Of a DNA stretch of 52,218 nucleotides, positions 10,501 through 19,162 are shown in pieces. The stretch's first letter is position 1. Each line of letters begins with the position of its first letter. The position numbers and the translations under genes are program-made. The DNA is taken from positions 1 through 52,218 of the forward strand of contig JBHIDB010000001.1 of assembly GCA_046759865.1 (NCBI GenBank), read 5' to 3'. The notes beneath the pieces are model-generated. The model had not been told where the DNA came from and ran no database searches. It saw nothing but the letters and a program-made list of their open reading frames with translations. The DNA is from Thermoplasmata archaeon (GTDB taxonomy: Archaea > Thermoplasmatota > Thermoplasmata > RBG-16-68-12 > JAJISG01).

Positions 10501-11880
10501 CCTCGCCTTCTCGAGGCCCTTTTCAACCCTTGTGACATGCGTCGCCCAGGCCTTGGTGTCGCCAGCGGCCAGCCTGCTCTTTGCCTCAGTGAGGAGGCCC
10601 TGAACGTCCGAGAGCTCCAGTCCCTGTTCGGCAAAGGAGGCGATTTCCGCCTCCAGCTGCTGGGTTCGCTCCGTGGCCTCGTCCAACTCTCCTACGAGCT
10701 TGTCCAGCTCCTCGTTCCCCTTCTCCGCGTAGTAGAGGGCGTCCGTGTGCTTGCCCTCCTGGAGTTTCGCCCGGGCCTTGTTGAAGATCTCCATGGTCGC
10801 GTCGATGTCGACGTTCATCTCTTTAGCCCGGAGGAACTTCGGCCTGGAGGCCGAGATCGTCTCGAGGACCATCTTGAATTTGGCGTTCTCCAGACCTTGG
10901 AGACCCTCCCGGAGTAGGTCGGAGGCCCGGTGGTAGTCCTCCGCCTTCGCGGCCTCCAGGGCCTCCTCCCCCAGCGCCTCGGCCTGGGTTACATCCACCC
11001 CCAGTTTTCTGGCTTCCTCGATGGGTTCCTGGAGGTTCGCCTTGCCGGACTCGAACCCCTTTTGCAGCTGCCGCTCCGCCTCGACACGGGCTTGTTTGAG
11101 GTAGTTGAAGGACTTCTGGTAGTCGCCGCCCTCCAATTCCGTCTTGGACTTCTTCAGGTACCCCTCCGCTTTGGCGATGTCCGCCTTCAGGGCCCGACCG
11201 GCCTGGAGGAGCTCCTGCACGACCTTCTCTTCGTTCTCCAGCTCGTAGCCCAGCTCTCGACCGAGGATGTCCAGGGCCTCTTCCGTGTGGCCGAGGGCGT
11301 CCTCGTGCTCCGATTCCTCCAGGGCGGAACGGGCGCGAGAGAGGAGATCCTCCACCATGGCCGTGTCTTTCTCCATGGCTTTCGCGGCGAGGATCCGCGT
11401 CTGGACGGAGGAGAAGGAGTCGGAGAGGTGCTCGTTCAAGGTCTTTTCGAGCTTCGTCCACCCGCGACGGGCGGTCTCAACGCCTTCGCGGAAGCTCCCC
11501 TTCTCCAAGGCCTCCCGGGCGCTCCCGAGGAGGGCCTCAAATTCGCTGCTGTCCACCTCCGCCCGCTGCAAGAGGGCGATGAACGACTCCGACGCCTCGA
11601 GGACGGAGTTGGCCTCTTGGAGGAAGGCCGCCTTCGCCTTGTCCTCCCCCTCTTGGGTCTTGCCGAGGGCGAGCTTGTAATCCTTCGACGCCATGGCGCT
11701 GTTGGCCTGAGACAGGAGCTCCTCCGCGTCCGTGACCCGGCAATCCACCTTCTTGGCGTCCGCGATCAGGCCGCCTAGCTGCTTGATCCGCTCGTCGGCG
11801 TGCTTTCGGTTCTCAGAGGCCTCTTTGGCCTTTTCCTCGAGCTGTCGCGACAGCTCGATGTGTTTGAGGTAGCCGCTCAA
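7573..11880 (-). CDS. Giant (1435 aa) cytoplasmic repeat protein: about 21 tandem ~62-aa alpha-helical repeats plus a C-terminal ~100-aa beta-sandwich (CARDB-like pattern). Function unknown.
   Basis: Single uninterrupted ORF with a TTG start. Recurrent motif G-[IV]-D-[IV]-x2-A-E-x-L-L-x2-A-x2-A-L-x2-G-D-[YF]-x2-A at about 62-residue spacing. No signal peptide or TM segment. The tail LTVRNTSKALAKDLEVEVLGELEV...VSMSFTLIFPSPGEVPVMVKVKA is beta-rich. Confidence 0.85.
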   Translation of the reverse strand: MSGYLKHIELSRQLEEKAKEASENRKHADERIKQLGGLIADAKKVDCRVTDAEELLSQANSAMASKDYKLALGKTQEGEDKAKAAFLQEANSVLEASESFIALLQRAEVDSSEFEALLGSAREALEKGSFREGVETARRGWTKLEKTLNEHLSDSFSSVQTRILAAKAMEKDTAMVEDLLSRARSALEESEHEDALGHTEEALDILGRELGYELENEEKVVQELLQAGRALKADIAKAEGYLKKSKTELEGGDYQKSFNYLKQARVEAERQLQKGFESGKANLQEPIEEARKLGVDVTQAEALGEEALEAAKAEDYHRASDLLREGLQGLENAKFKMVLETISASRPKFLRAKEMNVDIDATMEIFNKARAKLQEGKHTDALYYAEKGNEELDKLVGELDEATERTQQLEAEIASFAEQGLELSDVQGLLTEAKSRLAAGDTKAWATHVTRVEKGLEKARSDRCAEMLDEVQFIVTLAEKIGLDLDEATAGIQECAQLLKSKEVSKALTEATRLQQTAEARITSHFRAKAETLRDTLPPTAAAREVSELLLKVETTLDVRDYGTAARLMEEAEEKAGGLSEAFGELAVEGLQAAQALATEHDLKIDGLRETHLAAKEALEKGELSALFQQVESVRDVLAHLTQRAFDEVKARVIEARNAGIDITKEKEFLKAAKQAITGGDISQGLIELRNCDVSAKAHLDAFQKVRDTMGAAAVLVAEGKKKDVDMTRAVELLLKGKTAFEAGEIERALDIAGDARAEAEKAISVLNVNDRLQAAAESLALAEAQEVDVEPWISLLARSKRALDHGDFREAVELAMEVEAQARAGVLNSVNGRVARSESMLEKVQVPAPEIADLQAALKEVKARLEGGDLKEASEQSVEVLSQSQVTAEAYEEILLDRKEAETLIADLQALSIKVSGPQKLMNKAGKALNEGRLSVAKQFTGEAMGQLAKDRKESIERMIKGFEASAAKAQKEGVATAEAEALLKQAWKELAEGQYQHSLSSAMKSEVLLEKMGLQREIAQNSLETARERIHALPAKVDLLQKFLKEAEEAFEAGEYVKSLEVAINTSDELGRIKEELEIMHISEEVALRNFNVADTLGLDCSQLVLILEEAKAASKKADMDGAKESYDRLATDASGMVSTYLTDLHGRVRSARVLSSLLDCEVEGIEDRLSEGLAYLEEDQFVSAHQVLSGSLVEVQNALQKEVEGIITEAEEAQNHATELGVDVREASSRIEEARAALKERGFESAIRAAQEARESLQSFEESAQRFLDATSESRKLISTAKKFGIDVGAAEESLEQAMVMREDDPPSALQSAERSLEQVRDALDAFSPTLELGLSAPGATSGKDVEATLTVRNTSKALAKDLEVEVLGELEVKALEVPASVRANDEVSMSFTLIFPSPGEVPVMVKVKAKRLIDEQEYDWEHVFQINVKAS

Positions 11881-11943
11881 AGCGTGTCCGCCCCGATGGA
11901 GTTTGCCAAGTCCTCCTGGCTTCCCCTCCCTCGTGGAGGACGC

Positions 11944-11951
11944 TATAAATA
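11944..11951 (-). promoter_or_regulatory. TATA-like element (TATTTATA on the minus strand) in the 87-nt gap between scpB and the giant repeat gene
   Basis: It is the only AT-rich octamer in the gap, about 65 nt upstream of the TTG start at 11880. Confidence 0.35.
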
Positions 11952-11967
11952 CGTTCGGCCGTCGTTA

Positions 11968-12492
11968 TCAGCTGGCCAGGTCGCCGGCGAGGTCCTGTTC
12001 TCCCACCCGCGACGCCATCAGGTGGCGGAGATCCTCACGCCCCCGGACGGCGAGTCCAAAGAACTCGGGGAACTTGCTCGTGGTGGATAGCAGGAGGGTT
12101 CGTCCGTGTGGGCGCGCGGCGATGAGTCCCCGATCGCGGAGTCGCCGGACGTGGTCGTAGGCCCGGTACCCGACCAGGGAGGCCAGATGGCTCTGCTTCA
12201 CGGGTTGGTGATAGGCAATGAGGGCCGCCGTCTTCAGGACTCCCTGGGGCAGCGTGGCCGGCGCCATGTCGGCGGTCTCCCGCTGGTACTCCCCACGAAC
12301 CTGCAGGATCCAGCGGCGCCCGCGGCGGGCCACTTCGATGGCGCTCTCTCGCTCCTCGTACTCCCTGGCAAGGAGCGTGAGCACGCGTCTCACGGTGGAA
12401 ACCGTCATTCCCGTGGCCTCCGCCAACTGCCGCTCGGTGAGGGCTCGCGCGGTGAGAAACAGGATAGCCTCCAGGAGGCCTTGCTTCCGCAT
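11968..12492 (-). CDS. scpB: Segregation and condensation protein B (SMC-ScpAB kleisin partner)
   Basis: GLLEAILFLTARALTERQLAEATG... winged-helix ScpB signature. Its start abuts the scpA stop with no gap. Confidence 0.85.
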   Translation of the reverse strand: MRKQGLLEAILFLTARALTERQLAEATGMTVSTVRRVLTLLAREYEERESAIEVARRGRRWILQVRGEYQRETADMAPATLPQGVLKTAALIAYHQPVKQSHLASLVGYRAYDHVRRLRDRGLIAARPHGRTLLLSTTSKFPEFFGLAVRGREDLRHLMASRVGEQDLAGDLAS

Positions 12493-13371
12493 CTATATGA
12501 CCTCGGAGGTGGGAATGGCCGTCGCGGCGACCTCATCGGCCTCGCGGAGGGGCCGCAGGTAAATCTCTCCATGGGGGAGGCTCTTCTGCCAGACCTCGAG
12601 CCACCCCATCTCCGCGAGGAAGAGAACGGAGAGGAACAACGTGGCACGGTCCCAGGGATTGCCGTGATTCAGATCACTCATGCTCAGGACCTCCACGTCG
12701 CTGGCCCGGATGAGGTCCCACGCCCACTGCAGGTCCTCCGCCAGGTCCTCTCGATGGAGCTTGTCGCGCAGGCCCTCCAACAGCGCCGGTGGGTCTGTGC
12801 GAGTCACGGCGACCGCCCTGGAGGTCTCGCGAAAGGCTTGATCCAGGGCATCCAGGAGATCCACGAGGCTCACGGGTCGTTGGATTTCGCGGTGGAAGCC
12901 CTCCTTCAGCGGGGGCTCCCCCCCATGGAGGATTTGATGGGTGAGGTCGACTTCTGCGGGTTCCTGATAAAACCCTGGCATGACGTCCCACCCGTCGTCG
13001 ATCTCCTCCGCGGGCGGGTTGACCGTCTCCGCCGTCGACAGGATCATCTCGGATTGGAGCTTGAGAACCGACCACGAGAGGAGGACCAGCCGTCCCGCGG
13101 CCACGAAGTTGACGGCTCCGAGTTGACGAAGTCGCCTCAGGTATTCCCGAGAGAATCGGGCGAGGTCGATGTCCCAGGGGTCAAAGGAGTCCTCAAGGAC
13201 GAGTTCGAAGGCCGTCACGACGCTATCCTCATAGCGATTTCGGGTGGGAACGACTCGTCCCTCTCGGGCCTTCTCGAGGAGTTGCATGTACCGCGCCATC
13301 TTTTCCGGCTCCTCCTCCTCCAAGGCCTGGTGGAAGAGCAGGTGACCCAGCACCGCTTCGAACCCCGACAT
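12493..13371 (-). CDS. scpA: Segregation and condensation protein A (kleisin)
   Basis: FDPWDIDLARFSREYLRRLRQL kleisin N-terminal motif. Its start overlaps the smc stop (TGATG). Confidence 0.85.
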   Translation of the reverse strand: MSGFEAVLGHLLFHQALEEEEPEKMARYMQLLEKAREGRVVPTRNRYEDSVVTAFELVLEDSFDPWDIDLARFSREYLRRLRQLGAVNFVAAGRLVLLSWSVLKLQSEMILSTAETVNPPAEEIDDGWDVMPGFYQEPAEVDLTHQILHGGEPPLKEGFHREIQRPVSLVDLLDALDQAFRETSRAVAVTRTDPPALLEGLRDKLHREDLAEDLQWAWDLIRASDVEVLSMSDLNHGNPWDRATLFLSVLFLAEMGWLEVWQKSLPHGEIYLRPLREADEVAATAIPTSEVI

Positions 13372-16300
13372 CAGGCCGCCGCCTCCACCGCCTCCGTTGA
13401 AGGGACCTCCTCCTCCAAGACCTCCTCCAGATTGACTTGCATGATTACCTTCGAGATGCCCTTGGATCCCATGGTGACCCCCACGATGTGGTCCGCCTCC
13501 TTCAGGCTCACCTTGCGAAGGGAGATCTGGACGAATTGTGCCGACCCGGCGTTTTTGTGGATCATCCGGGCCACCTTCTCAGCGTTGACCGCATCGAGGT
13601 TCTGATCGACCTCGTCGAGGAGGTAGAAGGGCGAGGGATCGTGCCGCTGCAGGGCAAAGATGAAGGCCATGGAGACGAGGCTCTTCTCGCCTCCCGACAG
13701 TGCCTCGAGGCGGTGGAATCGCTTCCCTGGGGGCCGAGCCCGGATAAGGAGACCGCCCTCGAAGGGATCCTCCTCGTTCTCCAATTCCAAACTCGCCTCC
13801 CCGCCCTCGGAGATCTCGGCATAGACGGTGGCGAAATTGGACTGAAGGGCGCGGAAGACCACCAGGAGACCCTGTTTCTTCTTCGTCTCCAGCTCCCGTA
13901 CGACGCGGAGCAGGTCCCGCCTCTCCTTCCGCATCCGTCCAAGCTCTCCTTTGAGCTCCTCGTGGCGGGTTTCCTGCGTATCGTAATCCTCCAGGGCCCG
14001 CAGGTTTACCGCGCCGATGCGGTTCAGGGCCTTCTCGCGATCGGCCACCGCGAGGTCGATTTCCTTCATGGACGGGAGGGGTTCCGCCGGCTCGCCGAAC
14101 TCCTTCGCGCGGCCCGTGGCGTCCTGGATCTGCTCTTGGAGTCCGGCAATCTGTGTTTCGAGGCCCACAAGGAAGTCTTCGGTGGTCTCATGCTTGCTCT
14201 CTGCCTTGGCGATTTCAGCCTCAAGTTGGGTCTTCTCTCGGAAGGCACGATCCCGCTCCCCCTGAACCTCCTCCGCCTGGGAGAGGGTGCTTGTCTGGAG
14301 CTTCTCGAGGGCGAGAATGTCCTTCTGGAGTTTCGCGAGGGTTTTCGTATCACCTTGGACGCGTTTTCCCGCTTCGGTCGTCTCCCTCTCGTCTCGGGCC
14401 AGCTGTGTCACCAGCTCGGCTCGTCGCTCCTCTTGGAACGCAATCTGATTCTTCAGGACCTCTCTCTCGGACTCCCGTCGGTGGCGTCCCTCTAGTAGGT
14501 TGAGCCGCTCGCCCTGGAGCTTCCGAAGCTCTTGGGTGATTCGGTCCGGCGTAATCTTCCCCATGGCGACACGGAGTTCCTTCCTGCGGCCCTTGGCGGC
14601 GGCGAGCCCTTTCTTCTCCTCCTCGAGCCGCCCCAACAGGACCTCCCGCTCCTGAGCGACCTGGTCCAGCTCCTCGGTCTTCTGCACCAGCATGGCCACC
14701 GTAGCCTCGAGGCGTGTTAGCAGCTGCCTCTTCTGACCCTTGAGGAGGGCTCGCTGGGACTTCTGGCGGTCCTCGGCCTCGCGGGACTTCTGCCGTTGCC
14801 GCTTCACCGCTTCAAGCTCCGCCTCGACCTCCTGGAGGCGGTCCTGGACCTTCTCGAGCTCCCTGGTTGCCCGTCCCACTTCACCGGCCACCCGGTCGAG
14901 GTCGCTGGCCGATCCTTTCCCGAAGCGGAGGAGGGGATCCTCCATGTGCCCGCCCACCATGGCCCCGCTGGCCTCGACGAGTTGTCCATCGAGGGTCACG
15001 AGCCGAACGCCCCCCATCAGTTTGCGGGCCTGGCCCAGGTCCTCCACGACCACCGTGTCTCCGAAGACGTACCAGAAGGCATTGCGATACGGTTCGTCGA
15101 AGGTGACGAGATCCAAGGCGAATCCCAAGGCGTCCTTCACCGCCATGAGTGCCTTGCCCCGAGGTCGACCCGGCAGCATCTTAGAGAGGGGGAGGAAGAT
15201 GGCCCGGCCGTGCTTCTTGCGCTTCAGGTGTCCGATGGCCTTCGCCGCTACCCCATCGTCCTCCACCACGATGGCCTGCAGACGGGCGCCGGCGGCCACC
15301 TGGAGTGCCCGCTCAAACTTCGCGTCCACCTGGCCGAGGTCGGCGATCGTTCCATGAATCCCGTCGAGTTTTCCGCCGTCTCGCGCCTCGAGGACGGAGG
15401 ACACGGCGCGGTTGTACCCCTTTCGAATGGTTTCGGCGGCCTCCGCCTCCGCTTTGAGGAGGCTCAGCTCGCGGGAGAGGTTCTGGACGGCGCTTTCCAA
15501 CTCGGTGGATTGGTGGAGGAGCTCCCCTCGTTCCTTCTTGAGCGCCGCTACGCGCTCCTGCAGGTGGCCGCGCTGCTTCCTTTGGCTCCGCGAACCCGAT
15601 GCCGTTTCCTTCGCTTGCCACTCCGCATCCTTGACATCGAGATCCTGGGCCTTTCGTTCCTCTAGGAGCTGCGCGAGCCACTCGTCGAGTTGGTCCCGGC
15701 GCTGGGTGAGCTTCTCCGTTTCGAGAACCAACCCTCGGCAGACCGCATCCTGCTCGTCGATCTCCTGATCGAGGGCGACGGTGGCCTTCTGGAGTTTCAG
15801 GACCCGGGCATCAGCCTCAGAAGCGCCCTTTTCCACCTTGGCAATCTGCGACTCCTTGTACGCGATCGATTCCGTGAGTCGCTGAGCCTCCTCCTCCCCC
15901 TCCCCTGCCCGTTCTCGGAGGGTCACAAGTTCGCCCTCTGCCTTCTTCTGGTCGCGTCTGATACCCGCCATCCTGGCTCGGAGTTCCTTCCCCCTCTCCT
16001 TGCCCCGCTCTATCCCGTCCTGGGCCCGAGCCTGCTCGATCCGAAGGTCATCCAGCCTCGCGCGCACCGACTGAAACTCTTCCCCGCCCTCCTCGGCGAG
16101 CCGGGCTTCGAGGGCCTGGAGTCGATCCTCTCCCGTCTTCAGGGCCTCCCGCAGTCGAACCCGCTCCTCTTCCCAACCCGCACGCTCCGCTTCGTAGCGC
16201 TGAACTTGCTCGTGGGCGGAGGCGAGCTGTCCTTCGAGGAGTTGAATCTCCTTGTGCGCCCTCTGGGCGCGGGCCGTCTCCAGCGCTCCCTGCAATTCCC

Positions 16301-16964
16301 GGTAGCGGAGCGCCCCCTCACGGTCCCGTTCGAGCTGGCGGAGCTGGCGGCGTATCTCTTTGAGGATGATCTCGATCCGGCCCAGGTCGTCCTCTACCCC
16401 CTGACGCTTGCGATCGGCCCGTTGGATATCCTCCTCGAAACGGGAGATGCCGGCGATGTCCTCGAGGACCCGACGCCGTTCCAGGGGGGTCATCTCGACG
16501 ATGCCCTGCACGTCTCCCTGCTGAACGATGTTGTAGCCCTCGGCCGAGATCCTGGAGTTCGCCAGGAGTGCGTCGAACTCCGTGAGAGTCGCCTTCCGAC
16601 CGTTCACGTAGAAATAGGAGTTGTACCCCTCCGTTACGCTCGGCGAGCGCCCCACGTAACGGGTGAGCCGGACCTCCGGGGCCTCTAGGGGAATGGCTTG
16701 GTCTTGGTTGTCGAAAACCAGGGAGACGCGGCAATGGCCCGCCGCCTTCCCTCCCTTTCCCCCGTCGTAGATGAGATCCGTGAGTCGCCCTGCCCGGATG
16801 ACCCGAGAGCTCTTGGGACCGAGGACGAAGATTACCGCGTCGCTAATGTTGCTCTTCCCGCTTCCGTTGGGTCCCGTAATGGCCGTGTAGCCCGACAGGA
16901 TGGGCAGCCGAAGGCGGCGGCCGAAGGACTTGAAGTTCTCCAGTTCGATTTCCTTCAAGAACAC
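13371..16964 (-). CDS. smc: Chromosome segregation protein SMC
   Basis: MFLKEIELENFKSFG...ITGPNGSGKSNISDAV Walker A. Long coiled coils with a central hinge (GIHGTIADLGQVDAKFERALQVAAG). C-terminal LSGGEKSLVSMAFIFAL signature and LLDEVD Walker B. Confidence 0.97.
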   Translation of the reverse strand: MFLKEIELENFKSFGRRLRLPILSGYTAITGPNGSGKSNISDAVIFVLGPKSSRVIRAGRLTDLIYDGGKGGKAAGHCRVSLVFDNQDQAIPLEAPEVRLTRYVGRSPSVTEGYNSYFYVNGRKATLTEFDALLANSRISAEGYNIVQQGDVQGIVEMTPLERRRVLEDIAGISRFEEDIQRADRKRQGVEDDLGRIEIILKEIRRQLRQLERDREGALRYRELQGALETARAQRAHKEIQLLEGQLASAHEQVQRYEAERAGWEEERVRLREALKTGEDRLQALEARLAEEGGEEFQSVRARLDDLRIEQARAQDGIERGKERGKELRARMAGIRRDQKKAEGELVTLRERAGEGEEEAQRLTESIAYKESQIAKVEKGASEADARVLKLQKATVALDQEIDEQDAVCRGLVLETEKLTQRRDQLDEWLAQLLEERKAQDLDVKDAEWQAKETASGSRSQRKQRGHLQERVAALKKERGELLHQSTELESAVQNLSRELSLLKAEAEAAETIRKGYNRAVSSVLEARDGGKLDGIHGTIADLGQVDAKFERALQVAAGARLQAIVVEDDGVAAKAIGHLKRKKHGRAIFLPLSKMLPGRPRGKALMAVKDALGFALDLVTFDEPYRNAFWYVFGDTVVVEDLGQARKLMGGVRLVTLDGQLVEASGAMVGGHMEDPLLRFGKGSASDLDRVAGEVGRATRELEKVQDRLQEVEAELEAVKRQRQKSREAEDRQKSQRALLKGQKRQLLTRLEATVAMLVQKTEELDQVAQEREVLLGRLEEEKKGLAAAKGRRKELRVAMGKITPDRITQELRKLQGERLNLLEGRHRRESEREVLKNQIAFQEERRAELVTQLARDERETTEAGKRVQGDTKTLAKLQKDILALEKLQTSTLSQAEEVQGERDRAFREKTQLEAEIAKAESKHETTEDFLVGLETQIAGLQEQIQDATGRAKEFGEPAEPLPSMKEIDLAVADREKALNRIGAVNLRALEDYDTQETRHEELKGELGRMRKERRDLLRVVRELETKKKQGLLVVFRALQSNFATVYAEISEGGEASLELENEEDPFEGGLLIRARPPGKRFHRLEALSGGEKSLVSMAFIFALQRHDPSPFYLLDEVDQNLDAVNAEKVARMIHKNAGSAQFVQISLRKVSLKEADHIVGVTMGSKGISKVIMQVNLEEVLEEEVPSTEAVEAAA

Positions 16965-17090
16965 GAAGCGGCCCCCTAACGATAGCTGCGGCTCCGTCGC
17001 GTCGAACGCATCCCATCCGTCCCATCTGACAAGGGCCCCTTGCGGAGCGGCCCGTAGATTACTGGTCCCTATAAAAGCGTTTCCGAGACA

Positions 17091-18209
17091 TCAGGACGTC
17101 CTCTGTCCGAGGGGGCCGGGTCCCTTCGCGAGGGTTTTCCGGACCAAGGACGCAATCTGGGCGCCGCCCGTTCCGTCCCCATACGGGCTGGGCGCGGTGG
17201 GTGCGGCAGGGTCGTTCAGGAACTCCTTCATGGCAACAATCGCCTTCTGGGCGGTCGTCCCAACAACCCGTGTATACCCAGCGGCCACGGCCTCCGGCCG
17301 CTCCGTGCCCCGGCGAAAGACGAAGACCTTCTTCCGGAGGGCAGGCGACGTCGCCTCCTCTTGAATGCCTCCCGAGTCCGTGAGGATGCAGGTCGAGCGC
17401 TTCATCAAGACCAGGAAGTCGAAGTAACCCTGGGGGGGCAGGAGCTGGACGTTCTGTGACGCCTGCAGCTTCTCGTAGAGCCCTGCGTCCTCCAACCGGC
17501 CCTCCGCTCGGGGGTGTACGGGGTAGACCACGGGAAGCGGAGCCCGCCGAAGCAGATCGACGAGTTCCCCGAGGGTCTCCAGGTCATCGACGTTCTCGGC
17601 CCGGTGCGCGGTCACGAGGCAGAACCGGTCGAAGGGGACGAGGTCCATCACGTTCGACCGCGCCTCCGCCAGCGGAAGATAGCGGATCGTGGCGTCGATG
17701 ACGGTGTTGCCCGTGATCCAGATGGTGCCCCAGACGGCTTCCTGGCGCAGATTCTTGGCCGCGACGTCCGTGGGGGCGTAGAGGAAGGAAGAGAGGTGGT
17801 CGGTCAACCGTCGATTGTGCTCCTCCGGCATTCGAAGGTCATGGCTCCGGAGGCCCGCCTCCACGTGCCCCACGTCCACCCCGAGCTTCGCGCCGGCCAG
17901 TGCGGCCGCCAGGACCGTGTTCGTGTCCCCTTCGACCAGGATGAGTCGGGGAGGGTCCTGGGCGAAATGCGCCTCCAGGTGGATGAGGGCCTCGGCCGTC
18001 TGTTTCGCCTGCGTTCCCGAGCCCACGTCGAGCACGGCATCCGGGGAGCCAAGCCCGAGCTCTTCGAGGAAGACCCTGGACAACTCCTGGTCGTAATGTT
18101 GGCCGGTGTGAACCAGGGAGAATGGGATGCCCTCCTCCCGCAGCGCGAGGACGATCGGCGCCATTTTCACGATCTCAGGCCGGGTCCCCACGACGACGGA
18201 GAGGTCCAC
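17091..18209 (-). CDS. wecB: UDP-N-acetylglucosamine 2-epimerase (non-hydrolysing)
   Basis: VVVGTRPEIVKMAPIV...HTGQHYD...GDTNTVLAAALAA...HVEAGLRS motifs. Start set at the GTG at 18209; the track ORF extends to 18971 but that part is antisense to the GT2 gene at 18324-19112. Confidence 0.85.
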   Translation of the reverse strand: MDLSVVVGTRPEIVKMAPIVLALREEGIPFSLVHTGQHYDQELSRVFLEELGLGSPDAVLDVGSGTQAKQTAEALIHLEAHFAQDPPRLILVEGDTNTVLAAALAGAKLGVDVGHVEAGLRSHDLRMPEEHNRRLTDHLSSFLYAPTDVAAKNLRQEAVWGTIWITGNTVIDATIRYLPLAEARSNVMDLVPFDRFCLVTAHRAENVDDLETLGELVDLLRRAPLPVVYPVHPRAEGRLEDAGLYEKLQASQNVQLLPPQGYFDFLVLMKRSTCILTDSGGIQEEATSPALRKKVFVFRRGTERPEAVAAGYTRVVGTTAQKAIVAMKEFLNDPAAPTAPSPYGDGTGGAQIASLVRKTLAKGPGPLGQRTS

Positions 18210-18323
18210 GGGGGCCGGACCAGGGTCCCATCGGATAAAGCCTCCCTCACGGGTCCGGGCCCGATTCTCAGGCGCGGGAAAGGCAGAGGAAAGGTCATAT
18301 CGCGCCTCGGGCTCTGAGAGGCC

Positions 18324-19112
18324 GTGCTCGTCAGCGTCTTGGTGACCGCACGGAACGAGGAGCACAACATCGCGGACCTCCTCGACAGCCTCGTGACCCA
18401 GGAGGCACCCCTGGAAGTCATCGTGGTGGACTCGAACAGCGAGGACGGGACGCGAGACATCGTGGGCGAGTACGCGGCGCGTTACGGCTTCATCCGGCTG
18501 GCGCACCACGGCGGGACCCGCGGGGAGAGCCGCAACCACGGCATCCGCATGGCCGGCGGCGATGCGGTGGCTTTCATCGACGCCGACTGCATCGCGAACC
18601 CTTTCTGGCTGAAGTACATCCGGGAAGGGCTGGAACGGTCCGCCGTGGTGGCCGGGCGGACCATCCAGATCGGATACCGGCCCTTCGAGGAGCTGGAGCG
18701 GGTCGAGCTTATCTACCGGGGATCCGACATCACCTACCCGAGTGCCAACCTCGCCTATCGCGTCGATGCCCTCCGAGGGATCCAAGGCTTCGACGCCTGG
18801 TTCATCACGGCGGAGGACATCGACATGAACCTCCGGGCGGTGAAGGGGGGGCATTCGATCTACCACGAACCCCGGGCCATCGTGTATCACCGCACTCGGG
18901 GCTCGGTCTACGACTTCTTCCGCCAGGCCTTCTGGAACGGCGCAGGACGTAAGCAGCTGACGCTGAAGCACGGCAGCCTCTGGAGCCGCTACAGTCCCCT
19001 GGAGATGGCCCGTCGCCGCATGACCTTCTGGGCCCTCGGCCGCCTCGTCCTGGCGGTGTTGGGGTACGTGGGCTACAAGTTCTTTGGGGAGCCCCCCTCC
19101 CCGCCTGGATAA
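18324..19112 (+). CDS. Family 2 glycosyltransferase
   Basis: VLVTARNEEHNIADLLDSLVTQ...VIVVDSNSEDGT and FIDADC (DxD). GTG start, divergent from wecB. Confidence 0.8.
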   Translation: MLVSVLVTARNEEHNIADLLDSLVTQEAPLEVIVVDSNSEDGTRDIVGEYAARYGFIRLAHHGGTRGESRNHGIRMAGGDAVAFIDADCIANPFWLKYIREGLERSAVVAGRTIQIGYRPFEELERVELIYRGSDITYPSANLAYRVDALRGIQGFDAWFITAEDIDMNLRAVKGGHSIYHEPRAIVYHRTRGSVYDFFRQAFWNGAGRKQLTLKHGSLWSRYSPLEMARRRMTFWALGRLVLAVLGYVGYKFFGEPPSPPG

Positions 19113-19162
19113 CGAGAGGGGAAGCTCTTTATCACGCCTGGGGGGTAGGCTCGAACGCCGCC

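Noticed and set aside
7631-11778. Series of long plus-strand ORFs (7631-8317, 8098-8745, 8996-9787, 9223-10044, 10045-10917, 10930-11778 and others) opposite the giant repeat gene
   Set aside because: They are antisense shadows of a Glu/Ala/Leu-rich GC-biased gene, because GAG/GCC codons read as CTC/GGC on the other strand. Their products are Leu/Arg/Gly/Pro low-complexity, they overlap one another in different frames, and together they are mutually exclusive with the single 4.3-kb ORF.
13437-16688. Long plus-strand ORFs (13437-14495, 14796-15665, 15690-16688 and others) opposite smc
   Set aside because: They have the same antisense coiled-coil artefact. The SMC assignment on the minus strand is unambiguous from its Walker A, hinge, signature and Walker B motifs.
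18210-18971. N-terminal 250-aa extension of the wecB track ORF (17091-18971)
   Set aside because: The extension is antisense to a well-supported GT2 gene (18324-19112) and has no epimerase similarity. The epimerase fold begins at VVVGTRPE just after the GTG at 18209.
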